Shown here piece after piece: positions 61,018 to 64,000 of a stretch of DNA of 64,000 bases. Within the stretch, counting starts at the first letter, position 1. The number at the start of each line of letters is the position of its first letter. The position numbers and the translations under genes were made by a program. The notes below the pieces were generated by a model. That model was given only the letters and a program-made list of their open reading frames with translations, did no database searches and was not told the origin of the DNA. Location of the stretch: the NCBI GenBank assembly GCA_963772365.1, contig CAVYXA010000001.1, forward strand, positions 128,001 to 192,000, written 5' to 3'. Source of the DNA: an uncultured Verrucomicrobiae bacterium. GTDB lineage: Bacteria > Verrucomicrobiota > Verrucomicrobiia > Chthoniobacterales > UBA10450.

Positions 61018-61338
61018 ATGGCGCAGCAAGTTGTAGCCGATGCCGGCACCGAAACGATTGAGCAACCCGGCACGATCCAGGAAACGCGCTCGAAGGAAGA
61101 GCTCGATTCTCCCTGGCTGGTCGTCGTTCATAACGATCCGGTAAATCTGATGACTTACGTGACGATGGTTTTTCAGCGAGTATTTGGTTATCCCCGGGAA
61201 AAAGCCGAGCACCACATGCTGGAAGTGCATAACAACGGCCGCTCGGTTTTGTGGAGTGGAATGCGCGAGCGGGCCGAGCTTTACGTGCAGCAGTTACATG
61301 GGTATCTCCTGCTCGCCACTCTGGAGAAGGCGGCTTGA
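61018..61338 (+). CDS. clpS: ATP-dependent Clp protease adaptor ClpS
   Basis: 'WLVVVHNDPVNLMTYV..VF..A...MLEVH..GR'. Confidence 0.92.
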   Translation: MAQQVVADAGTETIEQPGTIQETRSKEELDSPWLVVVHNDPVNLMTYVTMVFQRVFGYPREKAEHHMLEVHNNGRSVLWSGMRERAELYVQQLHGYLLLATLEKAA

Positions 61339-61339
61339 T

Positions 61340-61852
61340 ATGGAGATTTGCCGGCGAGACGATAGTATCGAAATATCCGATCTCGATCCCTTCCTGGCCG
61401 AGCTACTTCGCCAGATACCGACCAGCGCCGATCCGCAGGGCGTCCCGGCGGCGGAAAAACGTCTCTTTAGTCGTCCGGCCGATTCTGCTGAAAAAGAGGC
61501 TTGCAAGGAGTGGAAAATATACGTCGAACCCGAGTTGCGACGCCTTTTTCGATCCGCGACCGAAACAGTAGCAGCGGACTTAAAACAGCTTGGAGGCGAT
61601 GAAAAGAAATTTACGAATCGCACCCTGCGCATTCCGAAAAAAAATGCCGATGCCTGGTTGAATGCGCTGAATCAGGCGCGCCTCGCTCTGGCGGCGAAAT
61701 ATGAGTTCACCGACGGCGAATTGTGCGATCACTACCGCTCACCGGTCGCGTCCCGACGCGATCTAAGTTTGTTTCAGGTGAATTTCTACGGCTTTATCCA
61801 GGAATTTATCTTGCGCAGCGTCTACGGCGACGAGACGGAAACCGAACAATAA
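61340..61852 (+). CDS. DUF2017-like protein downstream of clpS
   Basis: 'AWLNALNQARLAL', 'FYGFIQE'; 1 nt after the clpS stop, an arrangement known from Actinobacteria. Confidence 0.65.
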   Translation: MEICRRDDSIEISDLDPFLAELLRQIPTSADPQGVPAAEKRLFSRPADSAEKEACKEWKIYVEPELRRLFRSATETVAADLKQLGGDEKKFTNRTLRIPKKNADAWLNALNQARLALAAKYEFTDGELCDHYRSPVASRRDLSLFQVNFYGFIQEFILRSVYGDETETEQ

Positions 61853-61860
61853 ACCGCGGT

Positions 61861-61938
61861 TGTAGCGTCCGCTGTCCTCAGCGGAACTTTAGCCGCCAGT
61901 AACGCGGGAGGGATGCGCTCAGGAGAGCGCGCTCTACA
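61861..61938. repeat. GTAG-type REP doublet between convergent genes
   Basis: TGTAGCGTCCGCTGTCCTCAGCGGA ... GCGCTCAGGAGAGCGCGCTCTACA. Confidence 0.6.
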
Positions 61939-61949
61939 CATTTCAACTT

Positions 61950-62186
61950 CTAGCTCTGTTTTCGTTCCCGCACCATGGCTATGAGGCGATCTTTAATCGC
62001 AGCCGAGGACTTTGCGGGTTGCAAACTCAGCGCAAATGCCTCATGCAAATTATAGCACTCCGTGATGAGGTTTTCGGCTTTCTTGCCGAATTTCCGGCGG
62101 GCCTTTTCAAATTCTCGAGCCTCCGCTGGCTCGAGCGCGCCGATGACATAGAGCCGGGCCTGCTTCTGAAATTCCTCAAAGCTCAT
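61950..62186 (-). CDS. Small soluble anti-sigma-like protein
   Basis: 'LYVIGALEPAEAREFE' and 'P...IKDRL' resemble RskA/ChrR N-terminal domains; overlaps the sigma gene stop. Confidence 0.65.
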   Translation of the reverse strand: MSFEEFQKQARLYVIGALEPAEAREFEKARRKFGKKAENLITECYNLHEAFALSLQPAKSSAAIKDRLIAMVRERKQS

Positions 62187-62919
62187 CTTTCAGCTCCTTG
62201 AGTCCGTCATAAATTTTTTTCAAACCTAGTTCAAGCCGCGTCTTGACTGTTCCTAATGGCGTATTCGTTTTTGCCGCGATTTCGCGCTGGCTCATGCCCT
62301 TAAAAAATGCCAGCTCAATGGCCTGCCGCTGGGCGGGCGGGATTCGGCCAATCATCTTTCGCACCAACGTGCGGGTATCGCTGAATTCGATCGCTTCGGC
62401 GGTTGTGTTCTGGACCCAGGCGTCGGGTTGTTGTTCGGTCTCAGCCTGCAATCGCTCTTCGGCCCGTTCGTAAGCCTGCTTTTTGCGCAAGCCATCAATC
62501 GCCCGGCGCCGGGCCAGAGTGACCATCCAGCCCAGCGGCTTACCTTTTTGCGGCGAAAAATTTTTCGCCTGGTTCCAGATTTCCATGAAAATCTCTTGCA
62601 GCAGATCGTCTGCCTCGGCTTCGTTGTGGACCACACGCAGAATCAGCGCTTTTAGAATTCCGTTATAACGATCATAAAGTTGGGAGAGCGCATCTGCGTC
62701 CTCTTTCTGAATGCCTAGCATCAAGTCGAGGTCGCTTGGTCCTTCCGTCTCCGGCTTGGAAACAATTGTCGATGATACCGGTGTCGCCGAGTTGCGCCCG
62801 GATCTGTTTGGTCCTGGGCGAGCGCGCATCGGGCGACGCTTTCGTAAAGCTTTTCCCGGTGTGACAATTTTCTTTCTTGCCCGAGACCGAGCGGTGGACG
62901 GGTGAGGCATCCGCCTCAT
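62176..62919 (-). CDS. ECF sigma-70 factor (SigK-like) with basic N-terminal extension
   Basis: 'ALSQLYDRY', 'DDLLQEIFMEIW', 'RRAIDGLR', 'SQREIA..PLGTVKTRL'; start uncertain. Confidence 0.92.
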   Translation of the reverse strand: MRRMPHPSTARSRARKKIVTPGKALRKRRPMRARPGPNRSGRNSATPVSSTIVSKPETEGPSDLDLMLGIQKEDADALSQLYDRYNGILKALILRVVHNEAEADDLLQEIFMEIWNQAKNFSPQKGKPLGWMVTLARRRAIDGLRKKQAYERAEERLQAETEQQPDAWVQNTTAEAIEFSDTRTLVRKMIGRIPPAQRQAIELAFFKGMSQREIAAKTNTPLGTVKTRLELGLKKIYDGLKELKDEL

Positions 62920-62985
62920 CTAGTCTGGCGCAGTAATTTCGTCCAACGCTTTCAATCGCTTATAGGGTTCGAAGCAAAGTTACAA

Positions 62986-63090
62986 CTGTCATTCTGAGCA
63001 AAGCGAAGAATCTCCATTCATTTCTGGAATACAATGCCCGGAAAAATAGAGGGAGATGTTTCTCCCGCGCCTGCGCGATTAACATGACAG
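62986..63090. repeat. Family B palindromic element copy 2 (inverted relative to copy 1)
   Basis: CTGTCATTCTGAGCAAAGCGAAGAATCTC ... GAGATGTTTC..AACATGACAG. Confidence 0.75.
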
Positions 63091-63171
63091 GCCTAAAGAG
63101 CTGCCTGAATGTAATATTGATGTTTTGAATTTCCCTCGCGCTTGGATATTGGAGCTTGAGTCTTTTCAAAA

Positions 63172-63765
63172 ATGCCTTCCATCGGAATCACGGGTGGAGT
63201 CGCCACCGGAAAATCGAGCTTCGTGAATTGCCTGCGAGAACTGCTTCCCGCAGCAAGATTCTTTAATGCGGATGTGGCAGCGCGTGAAATTGTCGATCTT
63301 CCGGAAGTGAAACAGGAGTTGGTTGAACCCTTCGGCCAGGAGATTTTTTCCAGCACGGGCGACTTGAATCGGGAGATGCTTCGGGCCATAATCTTTGCTG
63401 ACGCAGCGAAAAAACGCGCGCTCGAACAAATTCTCCATCCGCGGATTCGACAGCAATGGAGCGCTTTGGCGGAAACCCATCGTAATTCTCCGGATTTTTT
63501 CTTTGCCGATATTCCTCTCCTGTATGAAACCGGTGGCGAAAGCTTGTGCGATCGAGTCGTGGTCGTGGCCTGCTCGCCGAAAATCCAGCTAGCCCGTCTG
63601 ATCGAAAGAATGTCAATCAAACAACCCGACGCCGAGGAAATGATCCATTGGCAAATGCCTTTGCCCGAAAAAATCCGACGAGCCGATCACGTAGTTTGGA
63701 ATAATGGAGATCAAACGGGATTGGTGGAACAGGCCCGCCTTCTTCTGAGTTTGTGGCGAACGTAA
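63172..63765 (+). CDS. coaE: Dephospho-CoA kinase
   Basis: 'IGITGGVATGKS', 'LEQILHPRI', 'DIPLLYE', 'QMPL.EK...AD.V..N.G'. Confidence 0.95.
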   Translation: MPSIGITGGVATGKSSFVNCLRELLPAARFFNADVAAREIVDLPEVKQELVEPFGQEIFSSTGDLNREMLRAIIFADAAKKRALEQILHPRIRQQWSALAETHRNSPDFFFADIPLLYETGGESLCDRVVVVACSPKIQLARLIERMSIKQPDAEEMIHWQMPLPEKIRRADHVVWNNGDQTGLVEQARLLLSLWRT

Positions 63766-63828
63766 CGACAATGACGGCTCGCAGGCCGTCCGGCGCGCTC
63801 TGCGATTGCGCCCTTACCAAATTTTGAA

Positions 63829-64000
63829 ATGGACGAAGAGATAACGAAACAAGAAACAGCTGAAACTGAAGCTCAGCTGGAGTCTGCTGTCGGCGAGACG
63901 CAAGCCCCAGAGCCTCTGACTGAGGAATTCACTTCGCAGACAACGGCGAATCAACCGCCGCCGCTTGCAAATCTGGATTTGAACGAACTGCAAAATTTTT
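63829..64000 (+). CDS. 5' part of a gene, possibly transcription termination factor Rho
   Basis: Acidic disordered N-terminus then 'LDLNELQ', resembling the start of Rho's N-terminal domain; truncated by the window. Confidence 0.4.
   Translation, partial: MDEEITKQETAETEAQLESAVGETQAPEPLTEEFTSQTTANQPPPLANLDLNELQNF

Noticed and set aside
1..64000. CRISPR array, rRNA, integrase, transposase or prophage genes
   Set aside because: No regularly spaced direct repeats with unique spacers and no recognisable motifs for these were seen

Overview
Bacterial chromosome segment; the gene content (Amuc_1098-1101-type pilus cluster, coaE followed by a probable rho, clpS with a DUF2017-like gene) suggests a Verrucomicrobiota/Chthoniobacterales-like organism (inference). 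In order: the 3' part of an Akkermansia-type pilus/secretin cluster; a secreted HAF plus Cys-repeat protein; a Zn protease; a signal-peptide ATP-dependent DNA ligase (Lig E type); rlmN; an ECF sigma module; an M1 aminopeptidase; an rpmH missed by the ORF track; a mobA-fdhD-nrfD-fdhB-fdhA cluster whose alpha subunit has an in-frame UGA with a clear SECIS hairpin (selenoprotein); tRNA-Lys(CTT) followed by a scrambled quinone-reductase remnant; nadE, glcD-like, fabI and a treS-maltokinase fusion. The most novel-looking locus (45.5-54.7 kb) has three secreted FecR-domain paralogues, two extended into 1100-1300 aa beta-solenoid proteins with a shared C-terminal motif, followed by an outer-membrane beta-barrel gene, with no sigma factor or TonB receptor beside them. 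The 52.6-58.8 kb stretch is full of single-base frameshifts (even in rpmI), most likely sequencing/assembly error. Several families of short palindromic intergenic repeats recur. No CRISPR array, rRNA, integrase or transposase was seen. Family assignments are from motif recognition, not database searches.
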